A stretch of DNA of 64,000 nucleotides, taken from an uncultured bacterium (GTDB taxonomy: Bacteria > Gemmatimonadota > Gemmatimonadetes > Gemmatimonadales > Gemmatimonadaceae). Of the stretch, positions 1 through 8,685 are shown piece after piece; positions within the stretch are counted from its first letter, which is position 1; every line of letters starts with the position of its first letter. The stretch is taken from assembly GCA_963978095.1 (NCBI GenBank), contig CAXBQP010000001.1:1-64000 (forward strand), given 5' to 3'. The notes under the pieces were generated by a model. That model saw nothing but the letters and a program-made list of their open reading frames with translations. It made no database searches and was not told where the DNA came from. Made by a program: the position numbers and the translations under genes.

Positions 1-65
1 AAGCAGAAGACGGCATACGAGATAAGGCCACGTGACTGGAGTTCAGACGTGTGCTCTTCCGATCT
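1..65 (+). other. Illumina TruSeq P7/index adapter (sequencing artefact)
   Basis: AAGCAGAAGACGGCATACGAGAT (P7) + index AAGGCCAC + GTGACTGGAGTTCAGACGTGTGCTCTTCCGATCT, the standard TruSeq read-2 adapter layout. Confidence 0.99.
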
Positions 66-1354
66 AAATCGTAATCGTCCGCGACATCGGTGACGAGCAC
101 TTCGACGAAGCTTCCCGCCGGCGCGGCCCGATCGAGCCGCGTGATGCCATCGATGTCGTCGGCCTGCCAGGGCAACCGCGCGCGCGCCGGCTCACCGGCA
201 TCACCGGCATCACCGCTGTGCTCGACCAGGGCGAGCGCCGTGCTACCGATCCGTGCCTCATAGCGCTCGGCGGTGATCGCCCGTTGCAGTTCCGTCAGGC
301 GCTCGAGCCGCTCGCGCTTGAGATCCTCGGGCACGTCGTCCGCGAGCGCGGCGGCACGGGTCCCCTCCTGCGGCGAGTACGTGAAGGCCCCGACCCGCTC
401 GAACTGGATCTCTTCGAGGAACTCCATCAACTGATCGAAGTCGTCCGCCGTCTCGCCGGGGAATCCCACGATGCAGGTGGTCCGCATGGCGAGCCCGGGG
501 ACGGCGTCACGGAATCGCCGGACCTTCTCGCGGATCGTCTTGCGGCGCTCGGGGCGCCGCATGCGCGCGAGGACGGCATCGGACGCGTGTTGGATCGGAA
601 TGTCCAGATACCTCACGATCCGCGGCTCGGACGCAATCACCTCCAGCAACGCGGGCGTGATGCCGGCCGAGTAGAGATACATATTGCGGAACCACGGAAT
701 CGACGTTTCCGCCACAAGCGCTTTCAGCAGCTGGGGAAGCCGCACGCCATCGCGCCGATCGCGGCCGTAATGCGCGAGGTCCTGCGCCACGAGATTCACC
801 TCGCGCGCTCCCTGCAGTTCCAGCAACTGCGCTTCGCGCACGATCTCGTCGAGCGAGAACGACCGGTGCTTGCCGCGCATCAACGGGATCGCACAGAAGG
901 CGCAGCCGTGGTCGCACCCCTCGCTGATCTTGAGATAGCGCACGTGCGGCGTGTCGCCGGCGTAGGCGCGGACTCCCGGGTGTTGCGTGACGGGATCGCC
1001 GATCAGGCCGCGCTCGCGCAGTCGAGGCACGAGCTGCTCCATTTCGGATGATCCGAGGAAAACATCGATTTCCGGAAGCGCGTCCGCCAACTCGTCCTTG
1101 TGGCGCTCGACCATGCACCCCACCGCCACCACGGCCTGCGCCGCGCCGTCGACCTTCAGGCGGCCGGCCTGCACGATCGCATCGATCGACTCGGCCTTCG
1201 CCGCATCGATGAAGCCGCAGGTATTCACGATGATGACTTCGGCCTCCGCGGGATCCTGCACGCGCTCGGCGCCGTGGTCCAGGAGCTGCGCGAGATAGCG
1301 CTCCGAATCCACGGTATTCTTGTCACAGCCGAGCGTGATGAGGGCGACGCGCAT
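66..1354 (-). CDS. rimO: ribosomal protein S12 methylthiotransferase RimO (3' end cut at adapter)
   Basis: Not in the ORF track because no stop occurs before the edge. Own translation: MRVALITLGCDKNTVDSE, radical SAM motif CDHGCAFC (YLKISEGCDHGCAFCAIP), C-terminal TRAM-like ...FVEVLVTDVADDYD. Confidence 0.92.
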
Positions 1355-1442
1355 GGGGGCACGAGAGCTCAGGGAGGCCTGCGGACTGCCTGTGTAACCT
1401 ACCTGACGGGCCCCTCCCCCTCCACTGGTGCCTCTGAACCGC

Positions 1443-1943
1443 CTAGCGGTAGTTCCCGAACTGCAACTCGACGCCGAAGTCGCCGGCGCGGAGGAACGCG
1501 ATCACCTGCTGCAGTTCATCCCGCGAGGGGGCGCTCACGCGCACCTGCTCCGCCTGGATCGAGGCCTGCACCTTCTTGAACTTCTGTTCCTTGATGGCGG
1601 CGGTGATCTTCTTGGCCGTGTCCGTGTCGAGCGCCTGCTTGAGCTTCACTTCGCGCCGCAGCGTGTCGCCGCCGGCGGGCTTCACCTCCCCGACATCGAG
1701 ATTCTTCACCGGGACATTGCGCTTGATGAGCTTGGACTGCACCACGTCGAAGAGCGCGCGCATGCGCATGTCGTTGTCGGCCATCAGATTGATGACCCCC
1801 TCCACCCGCTTGAACTCGATCTCGACCGTGGCGTCCTTGAAGTCGTAGCGCTGCTGGACTTCCTTGGTCGCCTGATTGATGGCGTTGTCGACCTCTTGGA
1901 GGTCCACGCCCGTCGTGACGTCGAAGCTAGCGTCCTTTGCCAT
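1443..1943 (-). CDS. yajQ: YajQ family nucleotide/c-di-GMP-binding protein
   Basis: SFDV..VDLQEVDNAINQ, RYDFK, KVQASIQ, RDELQQVI, LQFGNYR end. Confidence 0.95.
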   Translation of the reverse strand: MAKDASFDVTTGVDLQEVDNAINQATKEVQQRYDFKDATVEIEFKRVEGVINLMADNDMRMRALFDVVQSKLIKRNVPVKNLDVGEVKPAGGDTLRREVKLKQALDTDTAKKITAAIKEQKFKKVQASIQAEQVRVSAPSRDELQQVIAFLRAGDFGVELQFGNYR

Positions 1944-1946
1944 GTG

Positions 1947-2828
1947 TCATCCCAGATAGCTTTCGAGGGCCCGCGCGCGGCTCACGTGCCGCAGACGCGA
2001 CAGCGCCTTTTCCTTGATCTGCCTCACGCGTTCCCGCGTGATATTCAGCACCACGCCGATCTCCTCGAGCGTCAGCGGCTCGGAGCCATCGAGACCGAAG
2101 TAGAGCCGGAGGATCTTCGACTCCCGCTCCTTCAGCCCCGCGAGCGCCTCGTGGATCGAGTGGTTCAGCGCCTTCTCGACGATCTCCTCCTCGGGCGTCG
2201 GATTGACGTTGTCCGGCAGATAATCCAGCAGCCGATTGTCCTCACCCGGCGTCATGGGGGCATCGAGGGAGAGGTGCGTCTGCGAGATCGACATCGTCTT
2301 CGCGACCTCCTCCTCGGTGATGTCCATGCCGTCGGCGATCTCGGCGTTCGTCGCCTCGCGTCCCAGCTCCTGCAGGAGCACGCTCGCGCGCTTGCCGATG
2401 CGGTGCAGCGTGCCGGCGCGATTCAGCGGCACGCGCACGATCCGGCTCTGTTCCGCGAGCGCTTGGAGAATCGCCTGCCGGATCCACCAGACCGCGTAGG
2501 AGATGAACTTGATCCCCTTGGTCTCGTCGAACTTGTGCGCGGCGCGGATCAGTCCGAGGTTGCCCTCGTTGATCAGGTCGCTGAGCGACACGCCCTGATT
2601 CTGATATTTCTTGGCGACCGAGACCACGAATCGCAGGTTCGACCGCACCAAGGTGTCGAGGGCTTCCTGGTCGTCGGCGCGGATGCGCTGCGCCAGCTCG
2701 ACCTCCTGCTCACGCGTGATCAGCGGATAGATGCTGATGTCGCGCAGGTACTGATCGAGCGATCCTTCCTCGTACCCGTGTCGCTTGTGCGGCAACGCGC
2801 CGCGACGACCCACCTGACGTTCCGTCAT
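1947..2828 (-). CDS. RNA polymerase sigma70 factor, RpoD/SigA family, short form lacking region 1.1
   Basis: NLRFVVSVAKKY, DLINEGNLGLIRAA, FISYAVWWIRQAI, region 4 LTLEEIG..LNITRERVRQI; 293 aa. Confidence 0.93.
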   Translation of the reverse strand: MTERQVGRRGALPHKRHGYEEGSLDQYLRDISIYPLITREQEVELAQRIRADDQEALDTLVRSNLRFVVSVAKKYQNQGVSLSDLINEGNLGLIRAAHKFDETKGIKFISYAVWWIRQAILQALAEQSRIVRVPLNRAGTLHRIGKRASVLLQELGREATNAEIADGMDITEEEVAKTMSISQTHLSLDAPMTPGEDNRLLDYLPDNVNPTPEEEIVEKALNHSIHEALAGLKERESKILRLYFGLDGSEPLTLEEIGVVLNITRERVRQIKEKALSRLRHVSRARALESYLG

Positions 2829-2883
2829 TCCACCTCCCCCAGGCGAACGGAGAATGTGGGGTGCTCACACGCCGAGCGGAAGG

Positions 2884-3660
2884 TCACCGCACCCGCTCGC
2901 CGAATCGCTGCCACCGGACCCGCGTCAACCAGTCGAAGGCATGGGTCGAGTCCGGTGCGTAGCTGTAGTAGACCACCAGCGGTCGTCCACGCACCAAGGT
3001 GTCGGCCACGAATCCCCAGTACCGGCTGTCGAGGGAGTTGTCCCGGTTGTCGCCGAGCATGAAGTACTGCCGCGGCGGCACGACGATCGGCCCCCAGTTG
3101 TTCCTGGAGGGATGATACGACGGCGATACCCCGGCACGCCGCACCAAAAACCCGCGCTGCCAGCCAAAATCTTCCCCGGCCGGGTCGCCCCCGGGGTCGC
3201 TGTGGGTCACATACGGCTCGACCTCACGCTGTCCGTTACGGATCAACTCGCCATTCTCCATGGCCAGCGTGTCCCCCGGCAGGCCGACGAGCCGTTTGAC
3301 GAAGTTCACGTCCGGGTCGACCGGGTACTGGAATACCACGATGTCGCGGTATTGCGGCGCGGCGACCGCGGGGAGCCGACGCCCCGTGAACGGGACTTCC
3401 GCGCCGTACACCAGCTTGTTGACCAGCAGGAAGTCGCCGACGAGCAGCGTCCCCTCCATGCTCCCGGTCGGGATCTTGAACGCCTCGACGAAGAACGAGC
3501 GCACCACCAGGAACAGCAGAATGGCGAGCGAGACGGACTTGGCCCACTCGAAGAGGCCTCGTGCGACTGCGCGCACGACGCTCCGTCGACGAGGGCGCTC
3601 GGCGAGTGCCGGTGCGGCGTCATCCGATGGCGTAGGGGGCTCGTACGGTTGTTCGGTCAC
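2884..3660 (-). CDS. lepB: signal peptidase I
   Basis: IPTGSMEGTL (catalytic Ser), FVKRLVGLPGD (catalytic Lys), GDNRDNSLDSRYWG; start taken at GTG 3660. Confidence 0.95.
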   Translation of the reverse strand: MTEQPYEPPTPSDDAAPALAERPRRRSVVRAVARGLFEWAKSVSLAILLFLVVRSFFVEAFKIPTGSMEGTLLVGDFLLVNKLVYGAEVPFTGRRLPAVAAPQYRDIVVFQYPVDPDVNFVKRLVGLPGDTLAMENGELIRNGQREVEPYVTHSDPGGDPAGEDFGWQRGFLVRRAGVSPSYHPSRNNWGPIVVPPRQYFMLGDNRDNSLDSRYWGFVADTLVRGRPLVVYYSYAPDSTHAFDWLTRVRWQRFGERVR

Positions 3661-3726
3661 TGGTGGTATTAAAGACCGCGCTCCCTGTGCCGTCAACCAC
3701 CCCACGGCGCCGGCGGGCGGCAGCGG

Positions 3727-5211
3727 TCAGTAGTTGTCGATTTGGGCGCGCTGAAGGGTGCCGGAGAAATCCACGTAGCCCACCTTGGTCTCCGAGTAGA
3801 ACTCGTAGACCTCCCACCCTCCTTCGCGGTGGCCGTTCCCCGTGGCCTTCACACCGCCGAACGGAAGATGTGCCTCGGCGCCGATGGTCGGGGCGTTGAC
3901 GTATGTGATCCCGTTGTCCAGCTCGTTGAGGGCGCGGAAGGCGAGATTCACGTCGCGGGTGTAGATGCTGGACGACAGCCCGTAGGCCACGTCGTTGTTC
4001 ACCCGGAAGGCCTCGTCGGCGTCCTGTACGGAGATGACCGACAGCACCGGTCCGAAGATCTCCTCCTGCTCGAGTCGGGACCCTGGCGTGACACCGGTGA
4101 AGATGGTCGGCTGGAAGAACCACCCATGCTCGAGCCCGACGCCCGTCGCGACGGCCCCGCCCAGCCGGAGCGTCGCCCCCTCCTGCTGTCCGATCGCCAC
4201 GTATCGCTCCACCTTGGCGCGCGCCTCGGCGTGGATGAGCGGCCCCACGTCCGTTCCCGCGCGCCGGCCATCGCCAAGCCGCAGCGTCGCCGCACGGGCG
4301 GTGAGCATATCGATGAACGAATCATGCACGCCACGCTGCAGGATCAGGCGGCTGGTTGCGGTGCAGCGCTGTCCCGTCGTACCGAAGGCACCCCAGAGGA
4401 CCCCGTCCAGGGCGAGGGCGAGGTCGGCATCGTTCATGACGATCATCGCGTTCTTGCCGCCCATTTCGAGCGACAGCCGCTTGTGTGTCCGACCGCAGAT
4501 CGCCCCGACCGTGCTGCCCGTCTCGGTGGACCCCGTGAACGACACCAGCGCGACGTCCGGGTGCTCGACGATCGCCGCCCCGACCGCCCCGTCGCCGTGC
4601 ACGAGGTTGATCACTTCCGGGGGAAGCCCTGCCTCGAGCAGGATCTCGACGAAGACATGCCCCGTATGCGGCACGTCCTCGGCGGGCTTGAACACGCAAC
4701 TGTTCCCGCAGAGGAGCGCGGGGAACATCTTCCAGGTCGGGATCGCGAGCGGAAAGTTGAACGGCGTGATGATACCGGCCACACCGATCGGGCGGCGGAA
4801 GCTCATCGCCCACTTGTTGCGCAGTTCGCTCGGGACCGTGTGTCCGAACAGGCGGCGCCCTTCGGTGGCCGCGTAGAACGCCGTGTCGATCCCCTCTTGC
4901 ACATCGCCACGCGTTTCGGCGAGCGGCTTCCCCATCTCGCGGGTCATCAGGTCGGCGAGCTCTTCCTTTCGCGCGACAAGGATCTCTCCCACGCGCCGCA
5001 GGACATCGCCGCGGGCCGGAGCCGGGGTTCGGCGCCACTGCGCGAAGCCGCGCGCGGCCGACGCGACCGCCGCCGCGACGTCGGTGGCGTTCGAGCGTGG
5101 GAACCGCCCGATCAGATCCCTTGTGTCGGCGGGATTGCGATTCTCGAAATGATCGCCGCTCGCCGGCGCCACCCACCGGCCGCCGATGAAATTCTCGAAG
5201 GTCTTCATCAT
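3727..5211 (-). CDS. aldehyde dehydrogenase family protein
   Basis: ITPFNFP, FTGSTETG, LEMGGKNA, GQRCTA, EEIFGPV, PFGGVK; start MMKTFENF overlaps the upstream stop. Confidence 0.93.
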   Translation of the reverse strand: MMKTFENFIGGRWVAPASGDHFENRNPADTRDLIGRFPRSNATDVAAAVASAARGFAQWRRTPAPARGDVLRRVGEILVARKEELADLMTREMGKPLAETRGDVQEGIDTAFYAATEGRRLFGHTVPSELRNKWAMSFRRPIGVAGIITPFNFPLAIPTWKMFPALLCGNSCVFKPAEDVPHTGHVFVEILLEAGLPPEVINLVHGDGAVGAAIVEHPDVALVSFTGSTETGSTVGAICGRTHKRLSLEMGGKNAMIVMNDADLALALDGVLWGAFGTTGQRCTATSRLILQRGVHDSFIDMLTARAATLRLGDGRRAGTDVGPLIHAEARAKVERYVAIGQQEGATLRLGGAVATGVGLEHGWFFQPTIFTGVTPGSRLEQEEIFGPVLSVISVQDADEAFRVNNDVAYGLSSSIYTRDVNLAFRALNELDNGITYVNAPTIGAEAHLPFGGVKATGNGHREGGWEVYEFYSETKVGYVDFSGTLQRAQIDNY

Positions 5212-5669
5212 GGATTGGGAATAGCGGTGGAACACGACCAGACCGCCGGATGCTCCGCCGTCGGCTTGGCGTATCCCAGTCGCGGGAGAAGGTCCACCGC
5301 CCCGAGCGTCAGTCCCCAGAGCACGAGCAACAGCGCCAAGAGATGCGCGCGGGCAGCCCGATGCCGCCAGGTCCACACCGACGACCATACGCCGGCCGTC
5401 ACGAGCGTGAAGACCGCACCGAGATACGCCACCATGCCGAGGCCGCAGCGTGCGCCGTACGGCCAGTAGACGATGGCCGCGCCCAGCAGCACCGCGAGGG
5501 TGAGCCGTGCGAAGACGCCGAAGGTCGACGTCGTGCGCTGGGATTCCAGGGCGTCGAGCTTCGCCGCAGGGCTCTTGGCGCCTTTCGCCGGAAAGACCGC
5601 CTCGTCGCTCACGTGCTCGAGGCGACGGTCGATCTTCCGGAGCTCGGCATCCCAGTCGCGGTCGCTCAT
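5208..5669 (-). CDS. hypothetical membrane protein
   Basis: MSDRDWDAELRKID start overlaps the stop of the upstream regulator; about three hydrophobic helices. Confidence 0.75.
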   Translation of the reverse strand: MSDRDWDAELRKIDRRLEHVSDEAVFPAKGAKSPAAKLDALESQRTTSTFGVFARLTLAVLLGAAIVYWPYGARCGLGMVAYLGAVFTLVTAGVWSSVWTWRHRAARAHLLALLLVLWGLTLGAVDLLPRLGYAKPTAEHPAVWSCSTAIPNP

Positions 5670-7033
5670 GCGTCGTCCCGGGTCAGGCCGTGCCGCTCGA
5701 TCTTGTTGTACAGGTTGCTCCGCGGCATGTCGATGGCACGAGCCGTCTCTGCCACGTTCCAATCATGATCGCGGAGCCGCGCGCGCAGGAACATCTTCTC
5801 CGCCGCGTCCTTGAACTCGTCGAACGTCCGGCAGTGCTCGAGCGCGCCGAGCCCCGGACTGGCGCCCGCCCTCGCCCCGACGAGCCGTTCCGCATCGGCC
5901 GCCGTGATGTTCGGCCCCGACGACAGAATGAGCAACCGTTCGATCGTGTTGCGGAGCTCCCGCACGTTGCCGGGCCATTCGTGCTGCACCAGACGATCCG
6001 CCGCCGCCTGCTCGATGCCCCGTGACGGCGCGCCGTCGAGGGTCGTACAGTGCTCGAGAAAATGCGCCACGAGTTGCGGGATATCCTCACGGCGCTCGCG
6101 CAGGGCCGGGACGTGGATGGGCACCACGTTGAGCCGGTAGTACAGGTCCTCGCGGAAACGGCCGGCCGCGATCTCCTCTTCGAGGGTCTTGTTCGTCGCG
6201 GCCAGCACCCGGACGTCGACACGCCTCGGCTTCTGCCCACCGATGCGCGTGACTTCACCATCCTGCAGCACGCGCAACACCTTGGCCTGCGCGGTCAGCG
6301 ACATATCGCCGATCTCGTCGAGGAACAGTGTGCCGCCGTCGGCCTGTTCGAACTTCCCCGCCCGATCCGCCACCGCGCCGGTGAACGATCCCTTCATGTG
6401 TCCGAACAACTCGCTCTCGATCAGCTCGCCCGGAATCGCGGCACAGTTCACCTCGACGAACCGCTCGCCATTGCGCGGTGACTGCCGGTGGACGGCGCGC
6501 GCGACCAGCTCCTTGCCGGTACCGTTCTCTCCGGTGATGAGTACCCGTGCCGCGGTCTGCGCCACTTTGTCGATCTTCTCGATCACGGCGCGAATCGCTG
6601 CCGAACGACCGACGATCTCATAGCGCGACTCAATCGTGGCCTTGAGGCGCTGATTCTCCTGCGTGAGTTCGATCCGCCCGATCGCATTCCGCAGCGTGAC
6701 CAGGATCCGGTCGGTATCGAGCGGCTTCTCGAGGATGTCGTACGCCCCGAGTTGGGTGGCCTCGACGGCATTCTGGATCGTCGCATGCCCGCTGATCATC
6801 ACCACGATGGCGGACGGATCCCGAGCTCGGAGTCGCTTCAGCGTCTCGAGCCCATCCATGCCGCTCATCTTCACGTCCATGAAGACGAGTTCCGGCTTCC
6901 ACGCCTCGTACGTGGCCAACGCCTCGGCGCCGCTCGACGCGCCCCGCACCTCGTACCCCTCGAACTCCAGCAGCTGGCGGAGCGCGGCGCGTACGCCGGC
7001 CTCGTCATCGACCACCAGGAGGCGACGACTCAT
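5666..7033 (-). CDS. sigma54-dependent response regulator (NtrC/NtrX-like; REC-AAA+-HTH)
   Basis: LVVDDE, FMDVKM receiver; GENGTGKE Walker A; ESELFGHMKGSFTGA; LFLDEIG; WPGNVREL; C-terminal Fis HTH. Confidence 0.95.
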   Translation of the reverse strand: MSRRLLVVDDEAGVRAALRQLLEFEGYEVRGASSGAEALATYEAWKPELVFMDVKMSGMDGLETLKRLRARDPSAIVVMISGHATIQNAVEATQLGAYDILEKPLDTDRILVTLRNAIGRIELTQENQRLKATIESRYEIVGRSAAIRAVIEKIDKVAQTAARVLITGENGTGKELVARAVHRQSPRNGERFVEVNCAAIPGELIESELFGHMKGSFTGAVADRAGKFEQADGGTLFLDEIGDMSLTAQAKVLRVLQDGEVTRIGGQKPRRVDVRVLAATNKTLEEEIAAGRFREDLYYRLNVVPIHVPALRERREDIPQLVAHFLEHCTTLDGAPSRGIEQAAADRLVQHEWPGNVRELRNTIERLLILSSGPNITAADAERLVGARAGASPGLGALEHCRTFDEFKDAAEKMFLRARLRDHDWNVAETARAIDMPRSNLYNKIERHGLTRDDA

Positions 7034-7698
7034 CGTCCGGATTTGTACAACGTGATGGCCCCCTTCTGCACGCGCACGTCGCCGATCTCCGGCGGCAACG
7101 GGACGTCGATCGACGCGCCACCGTCGGCCTCCGCCGCCCCGGTGTAGTGCGCGAGCAGCTTGCGGACCGCACCGGCCGGCAGTCGCAACTCCCCAACCTT
7201 GACCTCGTCGATCTGGAACTTACCGTGCCCCGGCGTGGTGACTTCCATGCGACCGCCGACGGTGATTTGCTGTTCCCCTCGCAGCATGCCGTCCATCACG
7301 CCGGACAGCGGGCCGGAGGCGGCCGACGCGCCAAGCTCCGCCGTATTCACGGTGCCGCGGAAGTAGATGCGGTCCCCATCCGCACGCGACTCCAACTGCG
7401 TGACGCCGTTGAGCGCCTTGCGAGGCGCCATCCCCAACGCGTACGACGCGAGGTCGGCCGGATGCACCTTCACGAAGACGGGTCCGTTGCGCTTCCGGAG
7501 CTGCACCAGTGCGTCGTGCCCGCGGGCCGCGCCTTCCGGCTTGACTGGTTCCCACACCGCGGCACTCGCGGACGGCGCGAAACCCGCGCGGGCACGAAGC
7601 TTGGGCACCCACATGTCCTGGGTGAACCACCCGACTACACCGGCCAGCAGGAGCAGGATGACGGCAAAGCAACCGAGACGTCCGAGACAGGAGAACAT
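7030..7698 (-). CDS. hypothetical protein with N-terminal membrane anchor
   Basis: 222-aa ORF abutting both neighbours, with a hydrophobic N-terminal segment. Confidence 0.75.
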   Translation of the reverse strand: MFSCLGRLGCFAVILLLLAGVVGWFTQDMWVPKLRARAGFAPSASAAVWEPVKPEGAARGHDALVQLRKRNGPVFVKVHPADLASYALGMAPRKALNGVTQLESRADGDRIYFRGTVNTAELGASAASGPLSGVMDGMLRGEQQITVGGRMEVTTPGHGKFQIDEVKVGELRLPAGAVRKLLAHYTGAAEADGGASIDVPLPPEIGDVRVQKGAITLYKSGR

Positions 7699-8589
7699 TC
7701 AGCGCACGCGGGTCAAGAGTTCGTCGGAGTGAAGCCGAGCATCGACCTCGGGCTCCAATGTATCGATCCAGGGGATCTCCTCACGATTGAGTGATCCCGA
7801 GCGAAACCCGCGTCGATCAACTTCCACTCCGGTGAAGCCGCTCTCCACGACCGCGCGCCGCAGGGCACCTCGCAGCCCCGGCTGCAGCCACCGCTCCATC
7901 TCTCCGGACGCGAGTTCGATCCGTGCGATGTTCCCGTAGTAGCGTACGCGAAGATCACCCATGACCCCCAGCGCCCGCAGTGCGCGTTCCGCGGCCTCGA
8001 CTTTGCCGAGGCGCAGCGGCGTCACTTCGGTGCCGTACGGCAGGCGCGACGCGAGACAGGGCGACGAGGGCGCCGACCAGGTCGGGATGTGGCGTGCCTT
8101 GGACAGCACGCGAATGTCGTCCTTCGTGAATCCCAGCGCGGCCAGCGGCGATTCTACCCCGTGCTCTGCTGCCGCTTGGCGTCCGGGACGGTGATCGGTG
8201 AGATCATCGGCGTTCGTGCCGTCGACCACCACCGCGAGCCCCCGTTCGCGCGCCACGGGACGCAGCCGGCCCCACAGCTCCGTCTTGCAGAAATAGCAGC
8301 GATTGGACGGATTCGCCGCGTAGCGCGGGTCGTTGAGTTCATCGGTATCGAGCTCGACCACCGGAATCCCGAACTGCTCGGCCACCCCACGCGCCCGCTG
8401 CCATTGTTCGAAGGGATAGCTGGCGCTGCGGCCAATCACGGCGAGCATCTGCGAGGGCCCGAGCGCTTCGAGCGCGACGCAGGCGAGATAGGTGGAATCC
8501 ACCCCACCGCTGAAGCCGATGAGCGCAGATCCGCGGGAACGGAACCAGTCGAGGAGCGCCGACTCCTTGGCGCGCGTGCGGTCGGTCAT
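7699..8589 (-). CDS. larE: LarE family ATP-dependent sulfur transferase
   Basis: PP-loop FSGGVDS, NRCYFCK, DGTNADD..DHRPG, PSSPCLASRLPYG. Confidence 0.9.
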   Translation of the reverse strand: MTDRTRAKESALLDWFRSRGSALIGFSGGVDSTYLACVALEALGPSQMLAVIGRSASYPFEQWQRARGVAEQFGIPVVELDTDELNDPRYAANPSNRCYFCKTELWGRLRPVARERGLAVVVDGTNADDLTDHRPGRQAAAEHGVESPLAALGFTKDDIRVLSKARHIPTWSAPSSPCLASRLPYGTEVTPLRLGKVEAAERALRALGVMGDLRVRYYGNIARIELASGEMERWLQPGLRGALRRAVVESGFTGVEVDRRGFRSGSLNREEIPWIDTLEPEVDARLHSDELLTRVR

Positions 8590-8685
8590 AGAGGAATAAA
8601 TGTAGTCGAGGGCGGGACCCGTCGCGGGTTCCGCCCTCGTCCTGCTACCCCACGGCCGTCAAAAACGCCCGGCTGGCCCCGGAGC

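Noticed and set aside
64..261. 65-aa minus-strand ORF
   Set aside because: It is out of frame inside rimO, and its stop codon is created by the adapter junction.
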